Positions 39,117-52,513 of a stretch of 64,000 nucleotides of DNA are shown piece by piece. The notes below the pieces were generated by a model that ran no database searches, was not told the DNA's origin, and was given only the letters and a program-made list of their open reading frames with translations. Source of the stretch: Ramazzottius varieornatus (Eukaryota; Animalia; Tardigrada); contig BDGG01000014.1 in the NCBI GenBank assembly GCA_001949185.1, forward strand, positions 1,472,586-1,536,585, given 5' to 3'. The translations under genes were made by a program, and so were the position numbers. The first letter of the stretch is position 1. Each line of letters starts with the position of its first letter.

Positions 39117-42100
39117 ATGTTGAGGCCGTCCTCATCATCCTCCAACAACGGGACTCCGTCTAGCTCACGGAAATGCAGCGTGACAAGTGGTGGTGGTGGG
39201 CCCACTGTGGGCGACAACGGCGCTGCTGTACCCACTACGGCACAGCTCCTGTCGAAGACGCTACAACAAACACCTTCGCCACAGATTACGGCACACTTTC
39301 CTTCCAACAGCATGCTGGAGTTCGGCGACCATCTGGGCTATTACGGACCGGAAGGAGCTTGGAAAATCCACGAAGGCCACCGGCGATCCACCAATGAGGT
39401 ACGTGCAATGCCAACTCAAGCTCTTGCTCATGTTACTCTCTCCCACGTTGAGAAGGGGACTTAACGCAAGGCGTCAGGGGGAAATGTCTATATGATTACA
39501 CCGTCGACTGGGTAATTAATTGTTGAAAGAGGATTCCCTGTAATTTAGCTCATCTCCCTTTTCCGCTCTTTGCGACCTCCTTTTCCTTCTGTTTTATTTC
39601 CGGTTTTCTAGTACTCGAATAGTTTGGAAGAGTTGAGACATATGGGTTCAAATATTGTACAAACAATTAACGTTTTCTGGAAACGTCTTGAGAGAATAGA
39701 TATCCATCAGGAAAAGAATCATTTCCGACTGATTGTTTCAACTGGAAGTTCTCAATACTGAATATTCCAGCAGGTCATGTGAGAGGCGCGACAGCTTTGG
39801 CTCTATTTACGAAAAGCGCCAGCAGAGGTTGACGAGTCCAATTTAACACTGTTGGCACATGCATCGATTCATTAGAGCATAAGCTAACTTTCGACACCCT
39901 GCGTTGTCTTTTGACGGGGGAAACGGCGGGATGTTAAAGGATCGTTTACATAGGGGATCACGCTGTGTTATTCTTTGATAGGCTGTGTCCATATTCATCT
40001 TTGAGAAGCGAACCGCCGAAAAGCTCCACAAACCTAAACGAAAGGGCACCATCACCGAGCTGTACAAGAAGGGCTTCCGCCAACTGGAACGTATTCAGCA
40101 TGCCCGCTTCTTCAAAACTCTCTGTCCCCTCGAAGAGACACCGTAAGTCTATATGGTACCACCGAAGAATCTGCTGCCGAGTCTCAGCTCTTAACCTCAT
40201 TCGGCCTTTTCTATCAAAGTTCTACTGTTCTACGGTGTTGACAATGCATCCCTTCCGCTGCAACTTTTTGATCAGCGGTCGTGTCCACCGGACTACCTTA
40301 GCTATGCATAGTTTATAGACCAACCACCCAATCAAAACTTTACAGCGGAAAGGATGCACTTTCAACACTGTATCGCAGAGCCTCGTCTAGGTTGGTGGCC
40401 TGCACCAAGCCGGCCATGTTTTTGTGGAGCTACGATACGTTCGACCATAGATTCGGGTCGCGAGTCGAAACGAGCAGTAACTCGGCAGCCCTGAGCCGCG
40501 GACAATGAGCGGTTACAGTGAGGCAGCAGTGAACGGGATGTTGCTTGATTGTTGCAGGGATGCATTGTTGGTCGTGGGAGAGGCGGTGATTGGGTCTTTG
40601 TCGGATATCATCGGCAACGAGCGCATTTCGTCCTACCGCTCACCGGAACGAATGACGGTAAGAGCCTCAACCCCGCACTCGATGACCAAACACAAAATGT
40701 CCGCCAGTTGGATAGACATCAACGACATCCATGTATGCATGGCATCTTTGAATGCTTTGTCTGTTGGTAGGAATGCCCCTTACTGGATCTGGAAATTAAA
40801 TGCGGACTGTGGCAGGTGAGAAGAAGACACTGACAAACTAAGTAAATTTTTTTCTTCCCTTCAACCACATGTGACCTTGCAATCTCACGGTAAACAGTGC
40901 CGCTGACGCCTCTCGCTGGGAGAAGTGCGTGACCGTGACGGAGAGGAAATCTGTTGTTTGTCCAATTTACTTGAGTAGAAAGCTGGCTATACTGTATCCT
41001 CAAGCTCCCATATGCCTGCCAGTGGTGTCCATCCAACGGCAAAAGGTTTGAGGAGTCTATATCCCGTTGTAGTGTGCCTCAGCGAAATTCATTTCGAACT
41101 AGTTTTGCTTTCGATTGCTTCCGCGAGACTTAAGGGACTGTATACAAGGAACTAAGAATCTTTTCGAGGAGTGAGCGTTCGACCAAAATTTCTGGCTAAG
41201 CTTGTGGCATTGTATTGACTGCCTTTCTAATGCGTACTATGGGATGATTGATTCTGATGGCCAGGTGCACGGTGGTTTTCGCGTTACCTTTGATGACTTT
41301 TTCTTCGGCTGTTGGAGTGTCCACACCTTGGAGTTGCGTGGCAGGTGAGCAACGCTAGCAGTAAGAGTTTCTTGACGTTGCACAGAGGAGAGCAGTCGAT
41401 TGGGAGAGACCGTGAACGATTAGTGCCAGATGCCACTTTACGTCCTTCTCCCTAACTTCCTTGGCGTCCTCTTGTTGTTGGCAGTGCCTTGCAGTCAGGC
41501 CGGAAGTCAGTTTGTGTCGTTAGCGGTTCTTGCTCCATTACCCTTTCCTCATCTCCCCCACACACTCAATCTACGGTTCCTTCAACCAAGCATTACACTT
41601 CCACTCCCGTCGGAAACATTTCGCTTCCCTATCAGGAAGTTGTTAGGAAAGCACGCTCGAAGAAGCTGTCTAATAAGAGGGATGAAGGGTTTTTTATGTA
41701 GAACCAGAGTGGCGGAAGAGCCGATAAGACTTTGTTGTCTTTGCTTCAGTGACCACAACGTGGTCGCTGATTGTCAATTACGATGGTTGAACGACAAAAG
41801 AGTTAGATATGTATGTATAACCGTATGTTCCTTGTCTTCTTGCAGATTACCGAAGGCCTGATACATTTGCATACCAGCGAGCACTGCATGCACGGTAATC
41901 TGTGCCCGGAGAGCATACTGGTTAGCATCAACGGTACATGGAAATTGGCCGGCCTGGAGTTTGCCGAAAAGTCCCACGGGTCCCACGTCGACGCTTTTGA
42001 TAGTATTCGATGGAGCAGCAAGTTCCCCAAGCTGGGCCAGCCCAACCTCAACTTTATAGCTCCTGAAGTGCAACTGCAAGCCACATGTAGTACAACAAGC

Positions 42101-44681
42101 GACCTCTTCTCCCTGGGAATGACCATCTGCGCCATCTATAATCAAGGCAAATCGCTCCTGCAGTGCGACCATAACCCGGCCTTGTACGAAACCCAACTCA
42201 ATGAGGTAACTACAGTATTGAGATAGAAGCCATCATGCTATACTGAAATGCGGGAAGAGAAAACCAATGGTAACGAGTATTTTTCGCACGAGCGGGCGTA
42301 CTTTTTCTAATGGACGATGAAAGCGGGTGCGCCATGAACTGAGAGTTCATTGTACACGGATTATGGTGGAAAAAGCTTTTTTGGTGTTGAAGAACTAGGA
42401 AATCGTCAATAAAGGGTTTACCTTTTTTCTCTATGTGTTTTACAGTTGGTACTTCACAACCAGGAATTTGTAATGCAAATGCCCGTTAGTTTGCAAGAGG
42501 CAGTGGAGCAGCTACTCCAGCGTGATCCTCACGACCGTCCCACTGCCCAGATGTTTTCCATGGTAAGTCAATGCGATTGTGTCAAGACATCTTCCCGTCT
42601 GAGGGGCTCTGGAGAGCCGAGGCTGACATTGACTTGTGTCGTCTCGAGACCTCTCCATCAACTCACTAAAGACCCTGTTTTGCATTTCTTACAAAGCCCC
42701 CAGACGTTAACCTTTGGCCTTCTTCTGTGTAGATGAAGTATTTCACTGATCCGGCCTTAACATGTCTGCGTCGACTGGAATTACTCGATCAAATGTTCCC
42801 TTCACAAAAAGCCGAGTTTTGCCCCATTTTGCGCGACACCATGCATGCCATCCCACGCGTGAGTATCCCACCAGCTCCAGGTCCCTGGACACATTTGCAT
42901 GGTCATCCAATTACCTGCCACTTCACCCCATGTCAACAATACCACACAGAGTAACGGGAAATGAGAGACCGATGATAGACATAGCCGCTCTCCTTAATTC
43001 AAACAAGATAGATGCGAGAGTAATTATCCCTTTGATGGTGAGGAGGATCTAAAAAGGTCTGAATGGCAGTAGACTGGTGAAGATCTATTTGGCTGGTTGT
43101 AGAAACTGTGGCAAAGTCGAGTACTTCCGGCACTGAAGAAGGACCTGGCCAACCGCGATTTCGCCCCCTTCGGCATTTACCCATTGTCGTACATGATCGA
43201 ACATTCAGACAAGCTGGACTATGCCGAAATCTATCGCCCAGCAGTCGAACACATCTTCCAGGAAGCCGACAAGTCTCTGCAGACGCAGGTTATCCTTCTT
43301 CGCAACCTCTCCACCTTTGCCAAGTTCGCTCCGCCTGACGAGATCCAGCAGCTTTTAGTTCCAATCTTAGAAAACGCCTTACAGTCCCACAATCCCGAAA
43401 TACTGGTTAGTCCTCAAAGGAAAGAGTGAATTTCACCAGTCCTACATTTCTACAGTAACATGCTTTTCCTCGGACAGGAAGCCGGTGTGCTGTGTTTCGG
43501 AAAGTTTTACGCAATAATTCGCGATGAAGCAACCAAATTCCACCTCTTCCACAGCCTGAAAAGTCTGCTGGCCAAACGGACCGATTATTCCATCAAAGTA
43601 AGCTACCACTGCACACAGGTGGCTACCGTTTCATGCGCCAACTATTGCCATGTTTTCAGGTTCAAGCAGCCCTCATCGGATCGCTGGAGAAAGTGATGAG
43701 CCATCTGAGCAAGGCTTTCGTGCTAGACGACATTATTCCAACGCTGGCGGAAGAACGACTAAATTATTCCACCGACTGCGTCAATCCTCTCATCGGTGAG
43801 TCCAAACTTGTGACCTTCACTTTGCGACGCAGTAATCCTGCGCCATCTCATGTTTCGCAGATTTTTACCGGCACATTCTGAAGGACGTCCGCTTCGCCGT
43901 CACACCGGAAGCCATTACCCGCTTCATCTTGCCTACTGTCCTGCCTTTGCTGACGCATCCGGATCTGACCAGGGAACAGGCACAGCGATGATCGCTTGGA
44001 ATTCTGACTTCCGAAAGTTAATACAGTATTATAATCGTGTCTGTCCGTTTTAGTTTATCAATCTGGACACGCTGATCAGGGATCTTCTGGCACAAGTGGA
44101 GAAGAAGCAGCGGACCAAGTTCAAGCTAGAAGCGCCACCTATCCTGTCTCCACCTGGAGCCAACACCAGTTCCTCACTGCACAACGGCGGTACGTCCAGC
44201 GCCAGCAGTTCGCGACGAAGCAGCCTCAACGTCAACGGCGGACCACATATCATCTTCACCGCTGGCGATTCGGCCACCTCCTCGCGCTCTTCATCACCCA
44301 CTCGCTCCCGCCGCTCTTCCTACAACCCCCATCCACACATAGCCCCCAAAGCTGCCTCTACCATATTCCTTAACGTTGAAGACCACAGCTCTTCCAGATC
44401 CAAAAGCAGTAAGCTACAAATCACAATTCAACACAACTACTTTCAGAAATATCTCTTTCGGCTTTAGGTCCAGTGAGTCCCGAAAGACGCGGAAGTTTCC
44501 TCAATTTCCCAGGTTTTCCCCCCGGACTGAATGCTTCACAGCGCCGTCATTCAGCAGTGACCATTCAGGCTATAGGCAACCAAATGGTAACAGAAAAGTT
44601 AACCATCATTTCGATCCCCATTGTTTCCCTTTTGACATGCTTTTTTTGTTGCAGGTCTCGCTGTTCGCGGGCAGGTCGTAA
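39117..44681 (+). CDS. SCYL2: SCY1-like pseudokinase 2 (CVAK104) with HEAT repeats
   Basis: GPEGAWKIHEG; AVSIFIFEKRTAEKL; 45-nt exon 40771-40815 (ECPLLDLEIKCGLWQ) joining ITEGLIHLH..HGNLCPESIL..GTWKLAGLEF; QPNLNFIAPE; SDLFSLG; HEAT-like helical exons at 42.7-44.1 kb. The 3' end is approximate. Confidence 0.88.
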
Positions 44682-45144
44682 ATGCCTGCTGTTGAAAAAC
44701 AACATTCGCAATGGCTCGTCGTTCACAGACGCTGTACAGAACTTTATTCTAATTTTGTTAATTTTGTTGTTTACGACTAGTAAAACACTCTGGTATTTTT
44801 GGGACGAAGTATTGTCACGACCTAGACACGCAAAACGTACCGGAGAATGGTTAAAGAACGAGGAAAAACAAGCTTTCAATAAGTTTTCTGACTTAGCTGC
44901 CAAGGTAGACACTGAGGCCAATGATCAAGAGAATGGTGACCGCCACCACAAGAAGAATCACCGTACGCTTTCTTGACTTACCCTGTAAAATCATCCAAAA
45001 AGGATACTTTTAGCGGTAGGTTGCGGGATAAAAGAAGCGCGGACGAAAAGTATCAGCATGACAAGTAAGATGATGCGCAAACTGAACCGAAGAGGAATGA
45101 TAGTCAGAAAACTGAAGGAGTAAAGTAGGTTGGCAAAGGGAACC

Positions 45145-46628
45145 TCAGGTCTTGGGAACAGAAAAGTAAATGATAAGACCGAGGATGACAGCCAACACTG
45201 CCAAGATGGCAATTATGCACACCATCTTGCGACGTGATTTAGCCTATAACACATTCACCCTCAAATGCCTGTTACCGGAAATCAAAAGGGAAAAGCCACC
45301 AAACACCTAACTTTAGCGCAATTTTCAAGTGAGACGACCTGTTTACGTACCTGGTACTTTCTGGCTTCTGAAAGCTGCGAGGTTCCCTGCTCGACATGAA
45401 CTTGAGCTGCTTCCACATTGGCTTCGATACTGTCTGCAAGACACGAAAACCTTTCAAACCTATGGGCTCTCTAGGGGGCAACAGAAAGAATCAGCTGCTG
45501 ACATTTGCCTGGTACTGAACGTACGAAACTCTTACCGATCATTTCGCCTTGTTCATGGACCAGGACGGCCAGATCCTTGAAGATCTGGTTCACGTCTTGA
45601 ATATCTGACTGTTGGGTGAGAATTACAAAATGGGTTTCCGTCACTTGAAAGTTTTCGACCGATAAAAGTAGGAAAGAGGCACCCACCTCAAGCTTTCGTA
45701 TGGAGTCTTCGCGTTCTTGCAGTATCTGCAGGCTCATATCGTCTTCTACCTGCATCTGCGTCCTACCAAGAGAAAAAATAATGGCTATCACTTGAAAAGA
45801 AGGAGAGTGAATCGTAGTATGGTACTGTGTGGACGGGGCAAATGCGCCAGCAGTTCTTGAGCCATCGTCTTCGAACGGATTCTAAATTGAGACACCGTAA
45901 GTAAGGTTTCCAGCAACTGGAAAAAGCTTCTCGGAGCCTACCCAGCCGCTTTGGTTGTTGGCCGCCTGTGACTGGGCGCGGGCTTTGACGACGCTTTCAC
46001 GCTCCTTTTGCGCAGCCTGGCGCTGTGCGCGCTGAAAACGTTCCAAGGCCTCCATGAACTGATTGAACAACTTCTCCTTCAGCAACTTCTGCTGTCGTTG
46101 TTCTATCTGAATAAACGGTGCCGGAAGGTTGCTCATAGTTTTCAGCAGTTCGCGAGTCTCCTTCGCGATATCGTGAACACTGTGTGTCAGCGTGTGCCTG
46201 AAATGATAATAGAACCTCGTTGCAGTACGATAACCTCGATCAACTGGCGCACAAAGCTCTTGTTGATCTCCTTACAGCCGATCTCTGGAGTCAGCGGAGT
46301 CTGCTGGAGTGCCGATCTGCCGTACCATTCGTTCGATGTCACTGACTGGAAGACAAAATATCTCAGAGACATATAGACCCAGAGCTTACGATGGTTTATC
46401 AGGGTTACAGCCAGCAAGATTACTACGTTTACGACACTTACTGTGCGAAGACATCTTCTGGATGTTGGATCCCACATTTTGAGACAAACGAGTAAAATCC
46501 ATATTCCCTGCTCTACCTGGAAAATGGCACAAGTTCTGTTTATGCCGAAGAAAATGACACCAAAAACAGAATTCGTCCCACTGAAGGAAGTCACCTGCTG
46601 AGCTTCCGTAGTCACGAAAGCTTTGCAT
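45145..46628 (-). CDS. STX12: Endosomal Qa-SNARE syntaxin-7/12 family
   Basis: Habc region (FTRLSQNVGSNIQK; KEKLFNQFMEALERFQRAQRQAAQKERE), SNARE motif [42 protein letters not shown], and C-terminal TM MVCIIAILAVLAVILGLIIYF. Confidence 0.9.
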
Positions 46629-47453
46629 TCACAGTCTCCCTGTTAAGTCTGATGAAGCCAGATGCAGCCCGTGAGAGGAAAGTCAATGTGAGCCAGCTAC
46701 TTCCTGTCGAAAAAGGAACAGGATCAATACTCGATAGTTAATCAGCATTCAGCAAGGAGGAGTGATCTCAAGCATCAGATACGAAGCAAACGAGATGGAC
46801 CAGAAATACATCCGTGACGTCGTATAAAAATTGTGCTCTGTCCGAACCAGTGCCCAAACAAATGAGCAAATGTTACGTCAGGCGCCAACCGCAGCAGATA
46901 TCGTAACTTTCCAGTTTATCAACCTCTCAGTGCAACTAACCTGTGGAATTTCCTCGTCTAAGTTAACTTAGACGCGTGCTGTCCTTCAAGAATTAGATCA
47001 CCTTCGGCCTTCGGAAGGCCAAACATACGTCGCTCAAGGCGTAGCTGGAGGAAAAACTGCCAGAAGGAGCCGATGTGCTAACACTTGTCTCGATCACTGC
47101 TCTGACTGTGGAAATTCAATTTTTGACCCAGAAGTAGTCAATTTTGTTTTTGTTCTCATACGGAGCCATGACGTCTATCGCAGACGGAAGACTGCGATCC
47201 TCTGCGTCTTGATAACCCAATCAAAAGCGGCCTCACAGACTGATTAAGTTTTTTATTCGCTTATCGTGAAAATACTCCGCCTACCAAATCAGCCCATCTG
47301 GAGTAAACTGCGGTGTTGCCGATTACCGCAGGATAGGCAAGATGGGATTTTTATTGTTGCTGTTTTTCACTCGTGTAATCGTGCTGCCTCGACTCCTCCT
47401 TTCATCCAGACATCCGGAGTGAAGCCACATTGCTGACTTTTGCCAGCGATAAG

Positions 47454-48248
47454 ATGGTGAAGGAGAAGCCGGAGTCCACACGGTGCTACGACCCAGACGG
47501 ATATCGACGTCGCGCAGCGTGCGTTTGTGCCAGAGGATATGGATCCCACCTGGAGGTAAGTTGGATTACTGCACTATACCCACGTGCTGGGTCAGGCTTA
47601 GGTGGAGTTGTCATGACCACGTGGTACAGTCCGGTTGATAGACTTTGTGAAACTTGGCAATCAGCGTGACGAGAGTTTCTTTCTTCTAGGTCCTACTGGT
47701 GTCGTCGTCGAGAAGTCGGGAGCGATGGGTGATTCCTGGAGGGGGAATAGAACCCAACGAAAGTCCAGCTGAGGCAGCTCGACGCGAAGTGCAGGAAGAA
47801 GCGGGTGTACGGGGCGATGTACAACGATTTCTCGGAGTATTTGAGGTATGTACAGACTGTCCAGTGACACGTCTTCTAGTTTAATTTTGAGCTGTTGCCT
47901 CTGGGGTCTTCTAAAGCTGCGGCTACGTTGTAGAATCCCGAAAGTCGGAATCGAACGACAGTCTTCCTGCTGCTGGTGACGGAAGTGTTGGATTTGTATG
48001 ACGATGTCAAGATTGGTCGTCAACGACGCTGGTTTTCTGCTGACGAAGCTCGACACAACCTCTCCCTTCACAAACCCCGACAAAGTCGCTACCTGGATTT
48101 TATCGAGCACAACCGTGCAAGTGTTTTGGCTCTGGTTAACGGTGCTCCTTGTCAGCATCTTTCCGATCCCCCAGTCGACGCACAAGGCGACCGGAATCAT
48201 CCAAATAACCATTCGCCCTCCACTTCACCTTCACTCAACATCCAGTAG
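47454..48248 (+). CDS. NUDT3: Diphosphoinositol polyphosphate phosphohydrolase (DIPP, Nudix)
   Basis: Three exons. TRCYDPDGYRRRAACVC, VLLVSSSR..RWVIPGGGIEPNESPAEAARREVQEEAGVRG (Nudix box), IGRQRRWF, HKP. Confidence 0.92.
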
Positions 48249-48842
48249 CTTGCCAACTTGTTGTCTTTTTATCCTGTTCGTTAGCGAAGGCGAGGATTTT
48301 ACTTTTGCTCAAAACACATGTTCACCGATACTACAGTAGTTTTTCGCATATGCGGAATTTAAAAATAGTAGGCAGACAAGGCTTGTTTTTCGGTAGCGAT
48401 ATTTTTTCAGCGCTATGATTGTCGAGTGCCACATATTTCTGGCACTTTTGCCCTGTTTCATAGTTGCTGTGCGGTTTTATTGCGGAATCTATTGATCCCC
48501 TGGGGCAGTCGATAAGAGCAGACGGGACTAATCTATATTCAGGGTTATCCTGCCGTTAGATTTTCAGAAACCGAAGACAAATATCAGCAAGCTCCAGTTC
48601 CGTAGCAGTTTTGGTCATTTTTCATTTTTATAGAATTCCAGCAGACCGCCATAAGCGAGAACCAACAGGAAACAGGAAAGCGAGTAAATGCAACAGGAGG
48701 AAAGAAACCAAAGGTTATGGGAGGGTTCGTGCACAAGTCTTACGGGCACAGCAGCATTGCCTGCCAAGTCAGCATGGTTATCGGAATACAAATTGGGATA
48801 CTAGAATAGGATTACAATGGCGGTTACTAGCAAAATCACTGT

Positions 48843-49174
48843 TCATTTCTTTTTCTTGCCGATGAAGGGAAATCCGAGTCCGCCAAAGCCCAGACCGAAG
48901 GGGAATCCCAAGCCTAGTCCACCAAAGCCCAGCCCGAACGGCATGCCGAAACCGAGACCCAGTCCACCCAGACCGCCAAAGAACTGCGCCTCAGTCTCTG
49001 GAACGACCACCACGGCCACCAGGACGAAGAGGAACTGCAGAAAAAGGGAGAAATCAGTGGTATCAACCAATCCAACTCGCTCAAGTACTATTCCAAATTA
49101 ACTCCACACCCCGAAACGAAGTAAACAAGGCTGAATATTCTCGGACTTACCAAAGCCTTGTACAGTTGCTGCAT
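48843..49174 (-). CDS. Small secreted Gly/Phe/Leu-rich peptide precursor (caenacin/NLP-29-like architecture), 71 aa
   Basis: Exons 49174-49151 and 49034-48843 give MQQLYKALFLFVLVAVVVVPETEA|QFFGGLGGLGLGFGMPFGLGFGGLGLGFPFGLGFGGLGFPFI-GKKKK. TATATAA on the minus strand at 49299-49305. Confidence 0.85.
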
Positions 49175-49933
49175 GATGGCGGTTGTGTTGGATTCTCGCC
49201 GGATCAGGGAGAGTAAAGGCGGATGAAAATGAAGAAAATTTCCAGCCAAGGGGAAAGCGAAAATGTGGACTGATGGAACTTCTAGCTCACCTCCTGGCTT
49301 ATATAGTTAAAGCCCTTCGATCTTCGCGGCGTTCTGGCGACGCTTCTGTCACAGCCGCAAAACCACAAGACAAAGCAACTTCGAGGAAGGAGAGTAAGAA
49401 GGAGGGGAAGTATGTAACAATACTTTGTTGATGCAGGTTCTGCCTTTGCTGGAAGGAGGAAGAGAGCACTGATGAACAAAGAGTCTCAATCGCCAGTGGT
49501 CGCTTGCTCTTTCCTCATTACCGTCCTTCCCCTGGGGTTTATCCGTCAATTATCTTCATCCTTTGTGATCGCTGTTCAGACGTTAAGAGGGAGAGGCAAA
49601 AAGAAACGGAGATGTCGAACCAGTAAAAGGAGCATTTTTCTCCAAGCGAAGTACTGAAAATCGTCCTACTTTCATCTTCAACCAGTGAGCGATGGGCTTT
49701 TGTACGAAAACTGTCGCAATGTGGAACGAGCAGAATACCAATATCTTGTTTTTTTGCCTCCTCCAATTTGAAAAGCACACGCAACCAACCCTACACTATT
49801 CAGAAAAGAGGATTCTTCATGTGGAAAACATCAGAAGGATCAGAGCAACCTTTGGCAAAGTTTAGTGCGCATCGGAACGAGGATCTCCTCGTCAAAGCCC
49901 TCCTTTGAAGGACAGAACTTGACATTCCAACAT

Positions 49934-51535
49934 CTAAAAACATACTGTAATTTTTGCATTACCTTCCCCACTAGCAGAGACGCCTTAGCCCCAACCCCAG
50001 AGAGTAATATGCAAAGATTCATCGTAAAATTAAAGGAATCAGATAGTATTTGTGTCGGCAGCAAGGAACAGCTTTTCTCACCTGGAGTATAAGCGTTGTG
50101 TGGAAGCCTGTGCTGCCTTAGAGAACTGTGTAGAAGGCAAGACCAGTGGCGCACTTGGGCCGTTGGCGGCGCTGGCCGAGCTGCTGGTTCTGCGGTTCCC
50201 CGTCACCCCATTACCCACGCCCAACTCGATACTACTTGTCCCAACTTGCTCTGGAAAATATTCTTCGTACCACAGTTTGAACGAGCAGGCTTGCCGATAG
50301 GCTTCCTGCAAGGAGGTGGAGAAGAAGGGGTTGGAAAGTGGCATGTCGGTAGGTGGAAAGCCTTGTGGAAAGGAACGACTAGAGGACACAGCGCTCTGCG
50401 TTCTGAACAGCGTCGGCGGTCTTGGTGGCGGAAGCCCGAATCGTGCAGGTAGAGGCGGAGGCGGAGGATTCGGCCTTCTGCCCTGCTGCAGACGCTCCAG
50501 CCAAGGTTGCCGTTGAGCTTGAGGAGCCGATACCGGTCGAACGTGCTGGTTAGCGTTGGGAGCTGGCACTGGAGACCGCGACTGCCTTCCTTTAGCATTC
50601 GTCGTAGCTTTTAGAGCGGATGCAGCCTCTTTGCCGACGACCTAACAAAGCATCATCCACAAATAAAAGACAAGAAAAAAAGATGGTATGTCGGCATTAT
50701 GATCCACGAAAAGCTAGAAAAAACCCTCCAGGACTCAAACCCAGTCTTCGTGGGCCTAAGGCAAAACCAGGCTCTACAAAGAGGCCACTTGAAGTGCACG
50801 CCGTGAGGAGGAAAACCATACCTGGTAATAGGAGACCGTCGGCGCTTTCTTCTTACTGGGCCTTCCTCCCTCTTCGTCGGAAAGGGAGGTATGCGTGTCT
50901 GCTTCGCTGTCCCACTCTTCTTCGGACGAGGTGGACGAGGACGTGGACGAGAGCACTGAGGAAGGACCACCTCGGTGTGTCGTCTCGGGTTCAGTCGCTG
51001 CTTGTTCACTGTCGGACGAGTCCACTTGTTCGGGCGTCTGTGTGGCCAACGAAGTCACCATCGCCCCGGTCGCCGAATACGACGAGGCAGGTCCTTTAGG
51101 CCATGTTTCCGCAACTTCGTCTTCTTCCGAAGTCGTCAAGGAACCGCGAGTGGCCAGCTGAGCTGAGAAGCGACGCTGCTTGTTGGAAGCAACGTCTTTT
51201 TCGATGGCGCCATTACAATGTGCGATGTTCTGTTTCAGAGCCGCAAGCGAATGCACAGATGCTTCGGACAGCGTGGGCGAGTCCTTCTTTCGGCTTCGAA
51301 ACGCCGGAATGGGCTCAATGATGCGAGTGGAACGCGGAGAAAAGACAGAAGCGATAGACTCTGAGTTGTTGGAAGCCATGGTCGACCTTGAAGGCCGACG
51401 GGCAATAACCTCCGCAATATTGACATTGTCCATCAATTCCTCCAGGTCTTTCGTCATGATCAGAGTGTGGTGGAGTGCATGGCCTGCGGTGTGGCTATCG
51501 AGAACTTCGGCCGGAGGAAGCGCTGGACCTGCCAT
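49934..51535 (-). CDS. Unknown Ser/Pro-rich disordered protein
   Basis: Long ORF exons 51535-50822 and 50641-50082 splice in phase 0. Possible short last exon 49970-49934, otherwise stop at 50078. Both ends uncertain. Confidence 0.55.
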
Positions 51536-52513
51536 TCTTGTCAATGTGAAACTGTCCGTCCAGAAAGCCTGCAATCATCAAGGCAGTCCACACAAACGCT
51601 AGTCAAGGCGCTGCTCATCCACTCAATGTAATCATATTATGCCTGATGTTATCACGCAATGCAAAGATAATCATTATGGCTTACGCGATATAACGATTAG
51701 ACAGTAAGAGGTTCAACCAACAATGTTACGGTGCGCCGGATATCAGAAATCACAACGTTACAAAAGGGTGAACATGACGGCAATTAAGGGCCTGTGGAGA
51801 GGAGGTGGGGGTACTTGTCTGGGAAGAAGCGCTGTGACGAAGAAGGTGGAATAGGTCTAGGAGTGTGGTAAGTCGGAAACAGTAGAAGAGAAATAAAACA
51901 TAATTGTAACAGACACCCAAATGCTGGTTCCTGTCGTGCTCATCTATATCCTTTCCATGGCGAGGGAAAAGTTTATGCAGGGTACAGAGCTCGAGGGAAA
52001 AAGGAACTGGGCACTTGCCTCGATATTGTCTTGGGAAATCGATCAGGATCGAGTTAGATGATAAGTGCCTGACGATGGCACAAGGCGGAATGGGAATGAG
52101 TGAGCGTGACGCACGTCCGCCGATTTGATTCCTTTTCCCTCCTGTGTCCACAGCGGAAACAATTTTCAGTAAACACTGAGCATTTCTATGCGACATTGCA
52201 ATGCACACCAGGCTGGAGAATTTGGGCCGTCACTATGAAGTCTGCAATGATAAAAACGGACACGGAAATTACAGATACTGTATATCATTACGAATACGGT
52301 TTTGAATTGAACGTCATGTAACATAACGTCTCCATTTCAAATGGTTGATTGACAGCCATCTTCAGGCCTGATTGACCACGCTTCACACGTGCGGAAAATA
52401 ATATAAGCAAGTACCTCATAGTGATAGGTTCGTCGGTTCTCATAACAATCTACCCGGTAAATTCGTTTGTCTTTGTTTGCTCGTCACCCACCAGGATCCG
52501 CGTGAGCGTCAGC

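Noticed and set aside
39505-39522. Minus-strand TTAATTACCCA resembling part of nematode SL1
   Set aside because: Only an 11-nt match, with no correctly placed donor or Sm-binding site.
40733-40770. Possible 38-nt micro-intron in SCYL2
   Set aside because: The stronger donor GTAAGA at 40658 gives a 113-nt intron and a spacing that fits SCYL2 better.
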